A stretch of 61,522 nt of DNA. Origin: Alphaproteobacteria bacterium (GTDB lineage: Bacteria; Pseudomonadota; Alphaproteobacteria; GCA-2731375). The notes beneath the pieces are model-generated. The model did not search any database. It worked only from the letters and a program-made list of their open reading frames with translations, and had not been told where the DNA came from. The position numbers were made by a program, and so were the translations under genes. Location: contig JAYGEA010000160.1 of the NCBI GenBank assembly GCA_046582635.1, positions 1 to 61,522 of the forward strand, given 5' to 3'. Positions 26,870 to 37,589 of this stretch are shown one piece after another. Numbering within the stretch: position 1 is the first letter of the stretch; each line of letters opens with the position of its first letter.

Positions 26870-27787
26870 CTAACCAGGGTCCCGGAGCAATAGATTTCGC
26901 ACGCCCGGTGCCCCGGCCCGGGCGATGGCGCGGGCCAAGTGCCGCCAATCAGCCGTTAATTGTCCCTTGGGGATGGTATTGGCCTGGGCGACCTTGCCGA
27001 ATTCGCTGCCGTCGGGCCGGATCAGGTGCCAGACCATTTCTATCTGTATTTCTGGCTGTAGTCCCGGCCCGGATGGGCGCAGATGCATGCTGCCCAGAAG
27101 AATGAAGCCGTCGTCCCCGGGTTCATCGGCCAGTGGGACGCCCGCATCAGCCAAGGCTATGGCCATAGCGGCGGCCAATTTGCGGCCGCCCAAACCGGGC
27201 ACGCCGTCCACCGGCCCCATGGTGACCGACGCCAGGGCGATGCGCCGCCCCTGGCCCCGCTCGCGGCGGCGGAGTTGGTGGTCCACGGCATCGGCGCCCT
27301 GGCTGGCCAGGCGCGCCAGCAGGCCGGCATCACCGCGCCGCCAGGCCTGGGCGGATATTCCCGCGTCCTGTGCGACAGTCAGGGTTTCGCCACCCTCCGG
27401 GCTGAACAGGTGCCATGTCATGGCCAGGCGCTGATCGGACAGCCGGACAGTCTCGCCCCGTAAATGGTGGCTGCGGCGGTGGCCGGGGGCGGTCCCGGCG
27501 GTGATCTCGCGCCGGCGCAAGGCGGCCGCCATGGCCTCGGCCAGGGCAACCCCAACCCCCTTGGGGACATCGCCCGTAACCGGCGCCACAATCAGGCCGG
27601 CGCGGGGTCCAAGCTGGATGGTGCTGAAATCACCCTTGTGCGCGGCGGCGAAGGGTCTTGGCGGCGGTTGGCAACCGCTCAATAGCAGTACCAGACCCAA
27701 ACACAGAGACAGACACAGAACTAGAGACAGACCCGGGGCGGGAAAGTTGATTTTCGCGAGGCTTGTATTCACGGTCATTGCCTGCAA
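26870..27787 (-). CDS. hypothetical lipoprotein with an internal domain duplication
   Basis: Signal peptide plus lipobox LLLSGC. Two similar halves (see findings). No recognised family. Confidence 0.55.
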   Translation of the reverse strand: MQAMTVNTSLAKINFPAPGLSLVLCLSLCLGLVLLLSGCQPPPRPFAAAHKGDFSTIQLGPRAGLIVAPVTGDVPKGVGVALAEAMAAALRRREITAGTAPGHRRSHHLRGETVRLSDQRLAMTWHLFSPEGGETLTVAQDAGISAQAWRRGDAGLLARLASQGADAVDHQLRRRERGQGRRIALASVTMGPVDGVPGLGGRKLAAAMAIALADAGVPLADEPGDDGFILLGSMHLRPSGPGLQPEIQIEMVWHLIRPDGSEFGKVAQANTIPKGQLTADWRHLARAIARAGAPGVRNLLLRDPG

Positions 27788-27821
27788 GATGCCATGGATA
27801 GGTTGTGGAGGCGAACAGCGA

Positions 27822-28472
27822 ATGGGCGTGGTGGACTATGCGGGCGTGAGGGCGGCCTTGAGCCCCCTGGGTCTGATCCCAAGGGGCGGCTTCCACCCAG
27901 TTGAAGCGGATGATTTAGCGGCGGCCAGCGTGGTCCTGGTGGGTAACGCGGGGGGCGCCATGTGGCGACAATTCCCGGGTCCCGACGGCAGCCGTGATGC
28001 CTTGGATAAATGGTGCCGCGCCACCCTGACCCCCTTGGCCGGTGATCTTGGCGCCGAAATTCTGTTTCCGTTCGATGGCCCGCCCTATCAGCCGTTCATT
28101 GCCTGGGCCACCCGTGCCGAAGGCCTTTCGCCGGCGCCTATTGGGCCGCTGGTCCATCCTGAATTCGGCCCCTGGCATGCCTATCGCGCGGCCTTGCTGT
28201 TCGAACATGAAATGGTGCTGCCCGCCGCCCTGAATGATCACCCCTGCGCGCGTTGCGCCGACAAACCCTGCCTGACAGCCTGCCCGGTCTCGGCCTTCAG
28301 CGGGGACGGCTATGATGTCCCACGCTGTGTGGGACACTTGCAACAGCCCGCGGGTGGCGATTGCCTCGATCAGGGCTGCCGGGCACGGCGCGCCTGCCCC
28401 ATTGGCCGGGATTATCTTTACCGCCCGGCCCAGGCCAATTTCCACATGGCGGCCTTTCTGCGAAATTACTGA
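27822..28472 (+). CDS. 4Fe-4S cluster-binding protein (ferredoxin-domain, QueG/reductive-dehalogenase-related C-terminus)
   Basis: Start moved to ATG 27822, 10 nt after GGAGG, which clears the opposite-strand lipoprotein gene. C-terminal Cys pattern CARCADKPCLTACP ... CVGH ... CLDQGCRARRACP. Confidence 0.6.
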   Translation: MGVVDYAGVRAALSPLGLIPRGGFHPVEADDLAAASVVLVGNAGGAMWRQFPGPDGSRDALDKWCRATLTPLAGDLGAEILFPFDGPPYQPFIAWATRAEGLSPAPIGPLVHPEFGPWHAYRAALLFEHEMVLPAALNDHPCARCADKPCLTACPVSAFSGDGYDVPRCVGHLQQPAGGDCLDQGCRARRACPIGRDYLYRPAQANFHMAAFLRNY

Positions 28473-28803
28473 CGAGTCAGAGATATCCGCAGCAGCAGCG
28501 TGATCACACCGGTGGCGGCGATCACGCCGGCCATGGCCAGGGCGCCGCCGTCATGGAAAAAACCGACCGCCCCGGCACACAGAACACCGACGGCAAACGA
28601 TACCCCCTTGTCAGGGCGGAAACGCTGCCCGCCACTTGGGGAAATTGGTCCAGGGCCAGGCTGTTGGCGCCGATCAGGCTGAGGCTGCCAATATAGATGA
28701 ACAGCGGCCCAAAGGCGGTCAGGGTGCCGAGGATGACTATCTGGCTGCGTGTCTGGCCCGGCGTCAGGATCGTGGCCGCGCCGCCGCCAAGGCGCGGGTT
28801 CAT
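28466..28803 (-). pseudogene. C-terminal remnant (last ~3 TM helices) of a Bcr/CflA-type MFS efflux transporter, with a frameshift at a homopolymer run
   Basis: Reads ...FGPLFIYIGSLSLIGANSLALDQFPQVAGSVSALTRG, then after a 1-nt shift at the C5/G5 run (28603-28607) VSFAVGVLCAGAVGFFHDGGALAMAGVIAATGVITLLLLRISLTRQ-stop. It parallels the Bcr C-terminus (...LDRFPHMAGTASSLAG...). The first ~290 aa of a normal MFS protein are missing. Confidence 0.6.
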
Positions 28804-29297
28804 TCGCGGGGCAGGATCAGGCAGGTTGTGGTGGCGTGGGCGTAAAGCTTGCCGCCCGCATCTTGCACCCGTGCCTTGGCCGTGGCGGTGGTGCGTCCTA
28901 CATGCAGGGTCTCGGCGATACAGCGCATCTCGCCGCCATCAATGGCCACGGCGCGCGCAAAATTGGTCTTCAGCTCCAAAGTGGTGTAGCGGGCGCCCAG
29001 GGGCAGGGCGGAATGCACGGCGCTGCCGATAGCCGCATCAATCAGGGCCGCCACCCAGCCGCCTTGAACCGAACCCACGTCGTTGGCAAAATCTTCTCCC
29101 GGCTGGCCCGTGTAAACCACGCGGCCCATCGCCACCTCCGCCAGGGTCAGGCGCAGGGCGATGGCCACGGGCGGTTTCGGTGCCCGGCCTTCCAGGATGG
29201 CCGTGAGATAGTCAAACCCCGACAATTCGCCCAGGCGCGACCAATGGGCGGTGGGGTCCGACCAGGTATAGTGGCGTTCGCGGCGGTCGTCGGTCAA
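28800..29297 (-). CDS. PaaI-family (hotdog fold) thioesterase
   Basis: 165 aa. VQGGWVAALIDAAIGSAV and ETLHVGRTTATAKARV patterns. Confidence 0.75.
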   Translation of the reverse strand: MTDDRRERHYTWSDPTAHWSRLGELSGFDYLTAILEGRAPKPPVAIALRLTLAEVAMGRVVYTGQPGEDFANDVGSVQGGWVAALIDAAIGSAVHSALPLGARYTTLELKTNFARAVAIDGGEMRCIAETLHVGRTTATAKARVQDAGGKLYAHATTTCLILPRE

Positions 29298-29300
29298 TTT

Positions 29301-30107
29301 TTAGCCGGAAAATGTATGGCCGTGGTTCAAGGGGCCGTGCCCCCGGCCCAGGCCCGGCGCGGTCCGAATGGCCGTTTGCACATAGTCCCGCGCCCGCGCG
29401 ACGGCCCGGCCGATGGCCAAACCCTGGGCCAGACCGCAGGCGATGGCCGAAGCCAGGGTGCAGCCGGTGCCATGGGTGTGGCGGCTGTCAATACGGGGGG
29501 AGGTAAAGCGCTCCTCGCCGGCATCGCTCAACAACAGATCGATCACCTCCCCGCCCGGCAGGTGCCCGCCCTTCATCAACACCGCCCCGGGGCCCAAGGC
29601 CAGTAGCTTACGGCCCGCCAGCGCCATGCCGGCCTCGTCCGTGATCGTCAACCCGGATAGAATTTCCGCTTCCGGTACATTTGGGGTCAACAGGGCGGCG
29701 CGGGGGATCAGGCGTTGGCACACCACTGCGCGTGTGTCTTCATCCAGCAGAGATTGCCCGCCCTTGGCCACCATGACCGGATCAACCACCAGGGGAATGC
29801 CGCCCCCTGCCCTGTCCAAGGCACCGATCACCGCATCCAGGACCTCCGACCGGTGCAGCATCCCTGTTTTGATGGCGTCGGCACCGATGTCGGCCAAAAC
29901 CACTTCGATCTGCTGCGTGACAAATTCGGGCGGCACCTCATGGATGCCGTGGACGCCCAAGGTGTTCTGCGCCGTCAGGGCGGTGATGGCGGTGGCGGCA
30001 AAGCCGCCCAGGGCGGTGACCGATTTGATGTCAGCCTGGATACCGGCGCCGCCGCCGGAATCCGACCCGGCGATAATCAGGACCCGGCCCATGTTAACCT
30101 GCGGCAT
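29301..30107 (-). CDS. thiD: bifunctional hydroxymethylpyrimidine/phosphomethylpyrimidine kinase
   Basis: IAGSDSGGGAGIQADIK and HTHGTGCTLASA. ATG 30107 preferred over the track's TTG 30110. Confidence 0.9.
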   Translation of the reverse strand: MPQVNMGRVLIIAGSDSGGGAGIQADIKSVTALGGFAATAITALTAQNTLGVHGIHEVPPEFVTQQIEVVLADIGADAIKTGMLHRSEVLDAVIGALDRAGGGIPLVVDPVMVAKGGQSLLDEDTRAVVCQRLIPRAALLTPNVPEAEILSGLTITDEAGMALAGRKLLALGPGAVLMKGGHLPGGEVIDLLLSDAGEERFTSPRIDSRHTHGTGCTLASAIACGLAQGLAIGRAVARARDYVQTAIRTAPGLGRGHGPLNHGHTFSG

Positions 30108-30110
30108 CAA

Positions 30111-31469
30111 TCACCGGCCCTCGTTATCCGACACCGCGCCGATCATTTCGACCAACTCGTTGACCACGGAATGCACCAGTTCCTGGTCGTCCCCTTCCGC
30201 CATGACGCGGATCAACGGCTCCGTGCCCGAGGGTCGGATCAACAGCCGGCCCCCCTCGCCCAGACGGCTGCGCTGGGCCTGGATGGCACGGCTGATGCGC
30301 GGCATTTCCAGCGGCGAGGGGCCGCTATAACGGACGTTCTTCAACAATTGCGGCACCGCCTCGAATCGGCGGCAAACTTCGCTGACCGGCCGGCCTTCCG
30401 CCATCACCAGGGCCAAAACCTGCAAGGCGGCGACCAGACCGTCGCCAGTGGTGCCGAAATCGGACATCACGATATGGCCCGATTGTTCGCCGCCCACATT
30501 GAAGCCATGTTGGCGCATATGCTCTACCACATAACGGTCGCCGACCTGGGTGCGAACCAGTTCCAGGCCCTTGGAGGCCAGATACCGCTCCAGGCCAAGG
30601 TTCGACATCACCGTGGCGACAATGCCGTTGCCCCTCAAGGTGCCGGACTCGGCCCAATGATCGCCTATGACGGCCATCAATTGATCGCCATCCACGACCT
30701 GGCCATGTTCGTCGGCCAGGATCAAGCGGTCCGCATCGCCGTCCAGGGCAATACCCACATCGGCGCCGTGGGCGATCACTTGTTCACACAAATATTCGGG
30801 GTGGGTTGAGCCGCAGTCCCGGTTGATGTTGAAACCATCTGGATCGACGCCGATGGGGATGACGTCCGCCTCCAGCTCCCACAGAACGGTGGGCGCCACT
30901 TTGTAGGCGGCGCCGTTGGCGCAATCGACCACGACCTTGAGGCCGTCCAAGCGGTACTGCGAGGGGAAAGTGGCCTTTGCCGCCTCGATATAGCGGCCGG
31001 GGGCATCTTCCAGGCGCATGGCGCGGCCCAGCGCGTCGGCGCGGGCCAGCGAGGTGGTTAAATCCGATTGCATGCGTTGTTCGATTTCCGCCTCGATGCG
31101 GTCGGAAAGCTTGTGGCCGTCGGGGCCGAAAAACTTGATGCCGTTGTCGGCAAAGGCGTTGTGGGAGGCCGACAGCATGACGCCCAGGTCGGCGCGCAGA
31201 CTGCGGGTCAGCATGGCCACCGCCGGGGTCGGCATGGGCCCGACCAGGATCACATCCATGCCGACGGAGGTAAATCCGGCGGTCAATGCCGGCTCCAGCA
31301 TATAGCCCGACAGGCGGGTATCCTTGCCCACGACGACCCGGTGGCGGTGATCGCCGCGGGTAAATTGCAGGCCCGCCGCCATGCCCGCGCGCACGGCGAT
31401 CTCCGCCGTCATGGGCCAGGTGTTGGCCGTGCCGCGAATGCCGTCGGTTCCGAAAAATTCGCGCTCCAT
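30111..31469 (-). CDS. glmM: phosphoglucosamine mutase
   Basis: Start moved to ATG 31469 ([13 protein letters not shown]), 7 nt after the folP stop. Phosphoserine loop [11 protein letters not shown]. Confidence 0.95.
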   Translation of the reverse strand: MEREFFGTDGIRGTANTWPMTAEIAVRAGMAAGLQFTRGDHRHRVVVGKDTRLSGYMLEPALTAGFTSVGMDVILVGPMPTPAVAMLTRSLRADLGVMLSASHNAFADNGIKFFGPDGHKLSDRIEAEIEQRMQSDLTTSLARADALGRAMRLEDAPGRYIEAAKATFPSQYRLDGLKVVVDCANGAAYKVAPTVLWELEADVIPIGVDPDGFNINRDCGSTHPEYLCEQVIAHGADVGIALDGDADRLILADEHGQVVDGDQLMAVIGDHWAESGTLRGNGIVATVMSNLGLERYLASKGLELVRTQVGDRYVVEHMRQHGFNVGGEQSGHIVMSDFGTTGDGLVAALQVLALVMAEGRPVSEVCRRFEAVPQLLKNVRYSGPSPLEMPRISRAIQAQRSRLGEGGRLLIRPSGTEPLIRVMAEGDDQELVHSVVNELVEMIGAVSDNEGR

Positions 31470-31476
31470 GCGCCCT

Positions 31477-32349
31477 TCACTCCGCCATTTCGTCGTTGCC
31501 ATCTATATAGCAAAGGGCCCGGAAAATCTCCAACGCCTGCACCGTCTCGGCAACATCATGGACCCGCACGATTGCCGCACCCTGTTGTCCGGCCCAAAGA
31601 GCGGCCGCCAGGGAGCCCGGCAAGCGGTCCGCCGAGCGCGCCGTGCCGCTCAAGGCGCCGATGAAGGTTTTGCGCGAGGCACCGATCAAAAGAGGGCACC
31701 CCAAGGCATGGAACCGCGCAATGTCCCCCAGCAGGGCCGCGCTTTGCCGGGCGGTCTTGGCGAAACCAAGGCCGGGATCAATGATCAAGCGGTCCTGGGC
31801 CACGCCGCCTTCGACGCAGGCGGCAATGCGGGCCGCCAGATCGCTCATGACATCGCCGACCACGTCATCATAGCCGGTCCTGGTTTGCATATCCCCCGGC
31901 GTGCCCCGGCTGTGCATCAGCACCACGGGAACCTCCAGGCCGGCCACCAGGGCCAGGCTTTCGGGATCATGGCGCAGGGCGGTAACATCGTTGATCATGC
32001 GGGCGCCCGCCGCGACCGCGCCGGCCATGACGGCCGCTTTTCGGGTATCCACGGAGACCACGTGGCCGCCATCCGCCAGTGCCCGGATGACCGGAATAAC
32101 CCGCTCCAACTCGGCTTCCGAAGAGATCTCGCCGGCGCCGGGACGGGTGGATTCACCACCGATATCCAGGATCGCGGCACCCGCCGCCGCCAGGTCCCGG
32201 CCATGGGCGATGGCCGCGTCCGGGTCCAGGCGTTGGCCGCCGTCGTGGAAGCTGTCCGGCGTTACATTGACGATGCCCATGACCAGGGGCCAGGGCGCCG
32301 TAATGCCGGCGATGGGCGTTTGTGGTGAAATCTCCGCCCGGTGCCGCAT
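31477..32349 (-). CDS. folP: dihydropteroate synthase
   Basis: [27 protein letters not shown]. Confidence 0.9.
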   Translation of the reverse strand: MRHRAEISPQTPIAGITAPWPLVMGIVNVTPDSFHDGGQRLDPDAAIAHGRDLAAAGAAILDIGGESTRPGAGEISSEAELERVIPVIRALADGGHVVSVDTRKAAVMAGAVAAGARMINDVTALRHDPESLALVAGLEVPVVLMHSRGTPGDMQTRTGYDDVVGDVMSDLAARIAACVEGGVAQDRLIIDPGLGFAKTARQSAALLGDIARFHALGCPLLIGASRKTFIGALSGTARSADRLPGSLAAALWAGQQGAAIVRVHDVAETVQALEIFRALCYIDGNDEMAE

Positions 32350-32366
32350 TATCCCGATAGAGGGTA

Positions 32367-34298
32367 CTAGGAACCTGGTTGCGGTTCAGGCTCCAAACCG
32401 CCCGGTCCCTCGGGCTCTTTCGGCTTGGACGACGGCGGCACGGAGGTGGCGGCGGTATTATCCTCGGGCGGCTCGAACTCGTCCGGCCGGTCAATCGCCT
32501 CGCCCCTCAGCAAGGTGGCGACTTCCTCGCCGTTCAGGGTCTCATATTCCAGCAACGCCTTGGCGACGGCATGCAGGGCATCGATATTTTCCGTCAGGAC
32601 CTTGGTGGCCAGGGCCTCGGCATCTTCGGCGAAGCGGCGAATTTCCTCGTCGATGATTTTTGCCGTGGCTTCCGAGATATTCTTGGTCTGGGTCACGGAA
32701 TGGCCCAGGAATATTTCCTGTTCATTGGCGGAATAGGCCAATGGCCCCAGTCTCTCGCTCATGCCCCATTCGGTGACCATGCGCCGGGCCCAGGAGGTCG
32801 CCTGCTGGATGTCCTGCCCGGCGCCGGTGGTGACATCTTCGGGCCCATAGATCAGGGTTTCGGCGACGCGGCCGCCGAATGTCATGGCCAGCTTGGCGCA
32901 GATTTCCGATTTCTTGTAACCGTATTTATCGGTCTCGGGCAGGTTCATGGTAACGCCTAGGGCACGGCCGCGCGGGATGATCGTCACCTTATGCAGGGGA
33001 TCATTGCCCTTGACCAAAATCCCAACCAGGGCGTGGCCCCCTTCGTGATAGGCGGTCAGCTCTTTTTCCTCGTCAGTCATGACCATGGAGCGCCGCTCCG
33101 CCCCCATCATGACTTTGTCCTTGGCTTCCTCGAACTCCTGCATGGTGACCACGCGGCGGTTCTTGCGGGCGGCCAGCAAGGCGGCCTCGTTGATCAAATT
33201 GGCCAGATCGGCGCCAGAGAATCCCGGTGTGCCCCGCGCGATCAACCGGCTGTCCACATCGGGTGCCAGGGGTACCTTGCGCATATGCACGTTCAGGATC
33301 TTGTCCCGGCCGATGATGTCGGGGTTCGGCACCACCACCTGGCGGTCGAAACGGCCCGGACGCAGCAGGGCCGGGTCCAGAACGTCGGGGCGGTTGGTGG
33401 CGGCGATCAGGATGACGCCTTCGTTGGCCTCGAAGCCGTCCATCTCGACCAGCAATTGGTTCAGGGTCTGCTCCCGCTCGTCATTGCCGCCGCCCAGACC
33501 GGCGCCGCGATGACGGCCGACGGCGTCAATTTCGTCAATGAAGATAATGCAGGGCGCGTTCTTCTTGGCCTGTTCGAACATATCCCGCACCCGGGAGGCA
33601 CCGACGCCCACGAACATCTCGACAAAATCAGAGCCCGAGATGGTGAAAAACGGGACATTCGCCTCGCCCGCGATGGCGCGGGCCAACAGGGTTTTGCCGG
33701 TGCCCGGCGGGCCCACCAGCAGGCAGCCTTTTGGAATCCGGCCGCCGAGGCGCTGGAATTTTTGCGGGTTCTTCAGGAACTCGACAATTTCCTCCAGCTC
33801 TTCCTTGGCCTCGTCAATGCCGGCCACGTCATCAAAAGTGACCCGGCCCGAACGTTCGGTCAGCAACCGGGCCTTGGACTTGCCGAAACCCATGGCCTTG
33901 CCGCCGCCCGACTGCATCTGTCGCATGAAGAAAATCCACACGCCGATCAACAGCAGCATGGGGAACCAGTTCAACAGGATGGCGAACAGCGTGGGCGTGC
34001 CTTCCTCGTCCGGTGCGGCGGAGATTGTCACACCGTGCTGGCCCAATTTGCGCACCAGATCGGGATCGTTGGGGGCGTAGGAATTGAAGGGCGTGCCGCC
34101 GGTATAATGGCCGTTGATGGTGTTGCCTTGAATGGTAACATCGCGGACCTGGCCGCTTTCCACTTCCGAAATGAACTGGGAATAGGCCAGCGTGGTGGTG
34201 GAGCCTCGCGTGCCCGGGCCCTGAAAGAGGTTAAACAACGCCAGCACCAAAAGGGCGATGATCACCCAAAGGGCAATATTTCGACTAAAATTGCTCAC
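32367..34298 (-). CDS. ftsH: ATP-dependent zinc metalloprotease FtsH
   Basis: 643 aa. [22 protein letters not shown], zinc motif HEGGHAL. Confidence 0.97.
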   Translation of the reverse strand: MSNFSRNIALWVIIALLVLALFNLFQGPGTRGSTTTLAYSQFISEVESGQVRDVTIQGNTINGHYTGGTPFNSYAPNDPDLVRKLGQHGVTISAAPDEEGTPTLFAILLNWFPMLLLIGVWIFFMRQMQSGGGKAMGFGKSKARLLTERSGRVTFDDVAGIDEAKEELEEIVEFLKNPQKFQRLGGRIPKGCLLVGPPGTGKTLLARAIAGEANVPFFTISGSDFVEMFVGVGASRVRDMFEQAKKNAPCIIFIDEIDAVGRHRGAGLGGGNDEREQTLNQLLVEMDGFEANEGVILIAATNRPDVLDPALLRPGRFDRQVVVPNPDIIGRDKILNVHMRKVPLAPDVDSRLIARGTPGFSGADLANLINEAALLAARKNRRVVTMQEFEEAKDKVMMGAERRSMVMTDEEKELTAYHEGGHALVGILVKGNDPLHKVTIIPRGRALGVTMNLPETDKYGYKKSEICAKLAMTFGGRVAETLIYGPEDVTTGAGQDIQQATSWARRMVTEWGMSERLGPLAYSANEQEIFLGHSVTQTKNISEATAKIIDEEIRRFAEDAEALATKVLTENIDALHAVAKALLEYETLNGEEVATLLRGEAIDRPDEFEPPEDNTAATSVPPSSKPKEPEGPGGLEPEPQPGS

Positions 34299-34475
34299 CT
34301 TACGTCCTTCTCCGGCGGCTTCTTGGAAACCCGGTTCATGGTTTTCAGTATTCCCTCATCCAGAAGGGATAAACTCAATACACTATTCTGCCCGGTTACC
34401 ATAAAGATAATGCTAAAAGGCAGTCAAACAAGCACCAATCAATTCGTCGTCATCATGGGCCGTCACCTTTGGCTG

Positions 34476-35798
34476 TCACCATTGGCTGTCATTGGGCTGC
34501 AATGGCCGGACTGGCGTAAACCGGGCGGAAAACTGAAATTTCCCGCCGTTGTCCAGACTATCTTCGGGCGCCCGCCAATTCAGATGCGGCACGGCCAAAA
34601 TCCGATCGCCCCGGCGCAAGGCGGGAAGGGCGGCCCGAACGGGGCTGGGAAGGGTATTCGGCACCCGGTCCTTGATCTGCCGCCAACCAGTTTGACCCAG
34701 CGGTCCGACGGACAGATCATCCTGGCCAGGGGCGGACAACGACCAGGTAAAGCGGTCCCATCGGCCTTGTCTGTCCGGGCCGGTTTCGCGGCTGGGCGCG
34801 GCCCGGCCGATTTCCCGGCAAACCAGCAAGCCCCGCTTTCGCACCAATACCCGCGCGCCGCCCAAGGTGCGGCCGCCGGCCAACTGATCCGCGATGATGG
34901 CCTGGCCAAGACGCTCCAAGCGGTCCCGGCGCGGCCGATAAACGCCGCCGCCGATACAGCGCAGCACATCGCCCAACAATTGGAAAAACTCGCGCGGCGG
35001 CAGTAAATCCCTGTTGCCGACCAGACAGGGGGCGGGGTCAAACCAGCAATATCCCGCCGGGTGCAGGCGCACGCTGCGCGCCGCCATATGGGCGAGCCGG
35101 TGGCCGTCCCGACCGCGCGCGGTTGCGGCGCGGCCGGCGAGGGCAAGCAGGCGGTCCCGCTCCCCCACATTTGTTTCCAGCCCGCGCCGGGCCCGGATGC
35201 GGGCATAGCGGAGATCCTGGTTGGAGGGGTCCTCCAGCCAAGGTTGGCGGCAGGCTTTCAGGGTTGCCGTCAGCTCGGCCCGGTGCCTGGACAACAGGGG
35301 CCGCAGCAGACGTACGCCCGCCATGGCCCGGACCGGCGCCATGCCACTCAGACCCGCAATACCGCTGTTCATATCCCGGCGCAGCAATACAGTCTCTGCC
35401 TGATCATCCCCATGATGGGCCGCCAACAGATGCAAGACGCCCCTGCCCCGGCACCATTGCGCCAACAAGTCATAGCGCGCCGTCCGCGCCGCCGCCTGGA
35501 TGCCCGCGCGGGGTTTTGGGCCCCGCCAAACAAGTGTTTCGTGGGCAATGCCCCGGCCGGTCAGCCAGTCACCCACCTGGCGCGCCTCGCCCGCCGCCTC
35601 CGGCCGGAGGCCATGATCGACGGTCAGCGCGGTCACGGTGCCGCCCCTATGCCGGGCCCAGGCATGGGCCAGCAACGCCAGGGCCATGCTGTCGGCGCCC
35701 CCCGATACGGCAACGGCAAGGTGTGGATTGTCCTCAAACGGGCCGAGGGGCTCCATCAGAGTTGCAAATGTCTGGTCTTTAATCGCCGGCATTGGCAC
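34476..35798 (-). CDS. tilS: tRNA(Ile)-lysidine synthetase
   Basis: PP-loop VAVSGGADSMAL. Conserved position upstream of ftsH. Confidence 0.85.
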   Translation of the reverse strand: MPMPAIKDQTFATLMEPLGPFEDNPHLAVAVSGGADSMALALLAHAWARHRGGTVTALTVDHGLRPEAAGEARQVGDWLTGRGIAHETLVWRGPKPRAGIQAAARTARYDLLAQWCRGRGVLHLLAAHHGDDQAETVLLRRDMNSGIAGLSGMAPVRAMAGVRLLRPLLSRHRAELTATLKACRQPWLEDPSNQDLRYARIRARRGLETNVGERDRLLALAGRAATARGRDGHRLAHMAARSVRLHPAGYCWFDPAPCLVGNRDLLPPREFFQLLGDVLRCIGGGVYRPRRDRLERLGQAIIADQLAGGRTLGGARVLVRKRGLLVCREIGRAAPSRETGPDRQGRWDRFTWSLSAPGQDDLSVGPLGQTGWRQIKDRVPNTLPSPVRAALPALRRGDRILAVPHLNWRAPEDSLDNGGKFQFSARFTPVRPLQPNDSQW

Positions 35799-35810
35799 AC
35801 GACTCGCAGT

Positions 35811-36797
35811 CTAGCTGCAACCCAGCGCCTTCATTTCGCGCAGCATGCGTTTGCGCACCTGGCTGCGCAGATTGGCGAATTTGCGCTGCATTTCCAGGAA
35901 TGCGGCGCAGGCATCCTCCACATTGCCCAGCTTGCCCAGCGAGATACCCAGCTTCAACATGGAATCAGGCGCCTTGCTGCTGTTGGGATAGCGTTGAATG
36001 CCCATCAAAAAGGCCCGGGCGGCTTCGCCCAGATTCTGGCGGGCATAATAGGTTTCGCCCAGCCAATATTGGGCGTTGCCGGCCAGGGGATCGTCGCCAT
36101 GTTGGGCCAGAAACTCCAGAAAAGCTGTCTCCGCGGCCTGCAGCTGCATTTTCGTCAACAATGAATAAGCATAATTGTAGCGTTCAATGGGCGTGCCTTG
36201 GGGCAGCACCGTGACCGCCGACGTGGTTTCGGTTTGTTGGTCAGGTCGTTCCGCATTGGCATAGGCGGGGCCGCCATCCGAGGCCGGGGTGTCGGTTGTC
36301 GCCGCCGTCTTGGCAGCCTTGTCCGCCGCCTTACCTGGCGCCTTGGACAGGCGATGCTCAATCTCGGTCAGGCGGAAATCCACGTCCTTCACCAGACCGT
36401 CAAGGCGTTGCAGCATGCTGGCCATGCCGTGGCGGACCTCTTCCAGCTGTCCGGTCAGGTTCCGCATTTCATATTCCAGATTGGACATGCGAATTTCCGC
36501 ATCGGCCAGGCGGCCGCCAACCTTCGCACCTGTTGGCTGTTGGGCGTTGAGCCGCGCGGCGCCGGTTTTCTGGCCCCGGTAATAATCCTTTTGCAGGATG
36601 CGAAGGTCTTCGCTCATACGATCCAGACGCTGGAGCAGGGATTGCAACTCCGCATTCTGCGCCGATGCCGGGTTCGGCATGGCCAGCACGGCCATCAAGG
36701 CGAGGATCGAAACAATGAGGCAACGTAAATGGTGCATGGGTAAACGGCGCATGGGTAAATGGGACAGACGTATATGGGGCATGGGTATTTTCTCCAA
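35811..36797 (-). CDS. cpoB: Tol-Pal system cell-division coordinator CpoB (YbgF)
   Basis: Signal peptide, coiled-coil N-domain (LQRLDRMSEDLRILQ...), C-terminal TPR region (YWLGETYYARQNLGEAARAF). Downstream of pal. Confidence 0.8.
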   Translation of the reverse strand: MEKIPMPHIRLSHLPMRRLPMHHLRCLIVSILALMAVLAMPNPASAQNAELQSLLQRLDRMSEDLRILQKDYYRGQKTGAARLNAQQPTGAKVGGRLADAEIRMSNLEYEMRNLTGQLEEVRHGMASMLQRLDGLVKDVDFRLTEIEHRLSKAPGKAADKAAKTAATTDTPASDGGPAYANAERPDQQTETTSAVTVLPQGTPIERYNYAYSLLTKMQLQAAETAFLEFLAQHGDDPLAGNAQYWLGETYYARQNLGEAARAFLMGIQRYPNSSKAPDSMLKLGISLGKLGNVEDACAAFLEMQRKFANLRSQVRKRMLREMKALGCS

Positions 36798-36898
36798 CCC
36801 GTCACGCGGTGCCCGGGGGTGGCGCGGCGCGGCAATGATAGCGGTAAATTCTAATAGTACCGCAATGTGGCGAAATTATAGTCCAAATAAATGTTCGC

Positions 36899-36952
36899 AA
36901 AAAAAGTTCGGGCCCACCCTGGGCGCAAATATCATGCGTACAGGGCGGGCCC
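36899..36952 (-). terminator. candidate intrinsic terminator downstream of pal
   Basis: On the minus strand gggcccgccctg / cagggtgggccc form a 12-bp stem (one G-U) with a 19-nt loop that can pair further (cgca/tgcg). This is followed by gaac and seven T. The 4-nt offset of the T-run lowers confidence. Confidence 0.5.
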
Positions 36953-37037
36953 AGTGGTCTTTCGTTTCGCCGTCCGTTGCCGTGGCCGCCATAGCCGCCA
37001 TGGTCTTTGCGGCGGCCGGAGGCAAACTTGAAATGCC

Positions 37038-37589
37038 TTAGTTCACCAGCAGCATGCCGCGGCGGTTCTGGGCATAGCAGCCGTCATTGCTGCTGACACA
37101 GACCGGCCGTTCCTTGCCATAAGATATAGTGCCGATACGATCCGCGTTGACGCCCAGGGCGATCAGATACTTCCGCGCCGCATCCGCGCGCCGCTCGCCC
37201 AGGCCAAGGTTGTATTCCCGTGTGCCCCGCTCGTCGCAATGACCTTCGATGGTCACGGTCAGGGCCGGATATTGCTGCAGCCAATCGGCCCAGCGTTCCA
37301 CCACCTGGCGGGAATCACTGCGCAGGGTGGATTGGTCATAGTCGTATTGGATTTGGCTGCCCACGTTCAGCACCAGATCTTCCTGGGACCCGGGCACAAC
37401 CTTTTGTTCCATGACGGGTTTCATATCGGCCTTTTTCATCTCGGCCTTTTTCGCCATCTTCGTCTCTTGCTTGGCGCCCCCGCTGCCCGAAGCATCGGCC
37501 TTTTCCTCGACTGGCGTCTCACAGGCCGCGACCAGCAGAATGGTCGCCGCCAAACACGCCGCCTTCAGGGCAAATTTCTCAAAGACCAT
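37038..37589 (-). CDS. pal: peptidoglycan-associated lipoprotein Pal
   Basis: ATG 37589, 8 nt after GAGGAG. Lipobox LLVAAC. OmpA-like TIEGHCDERGTREYNLGLGERRA. Confidence 0.9.
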   Translation of the reverse strand: MVFEKFALKAACLAATILLVAACETPVEEKADASGSGGAKQETKMAKKAEMKKADMKPVMEQKVVPGSQEDLVLNVGSQIQYDYDQSTLRSDSRQVVERWADWLQQYPALTVTIEGHCDERGTREYNLGLGERRADAARKYLIALGVNADRIGTISYGKERPVCVSSNDGCYAQNRRGMLLVN

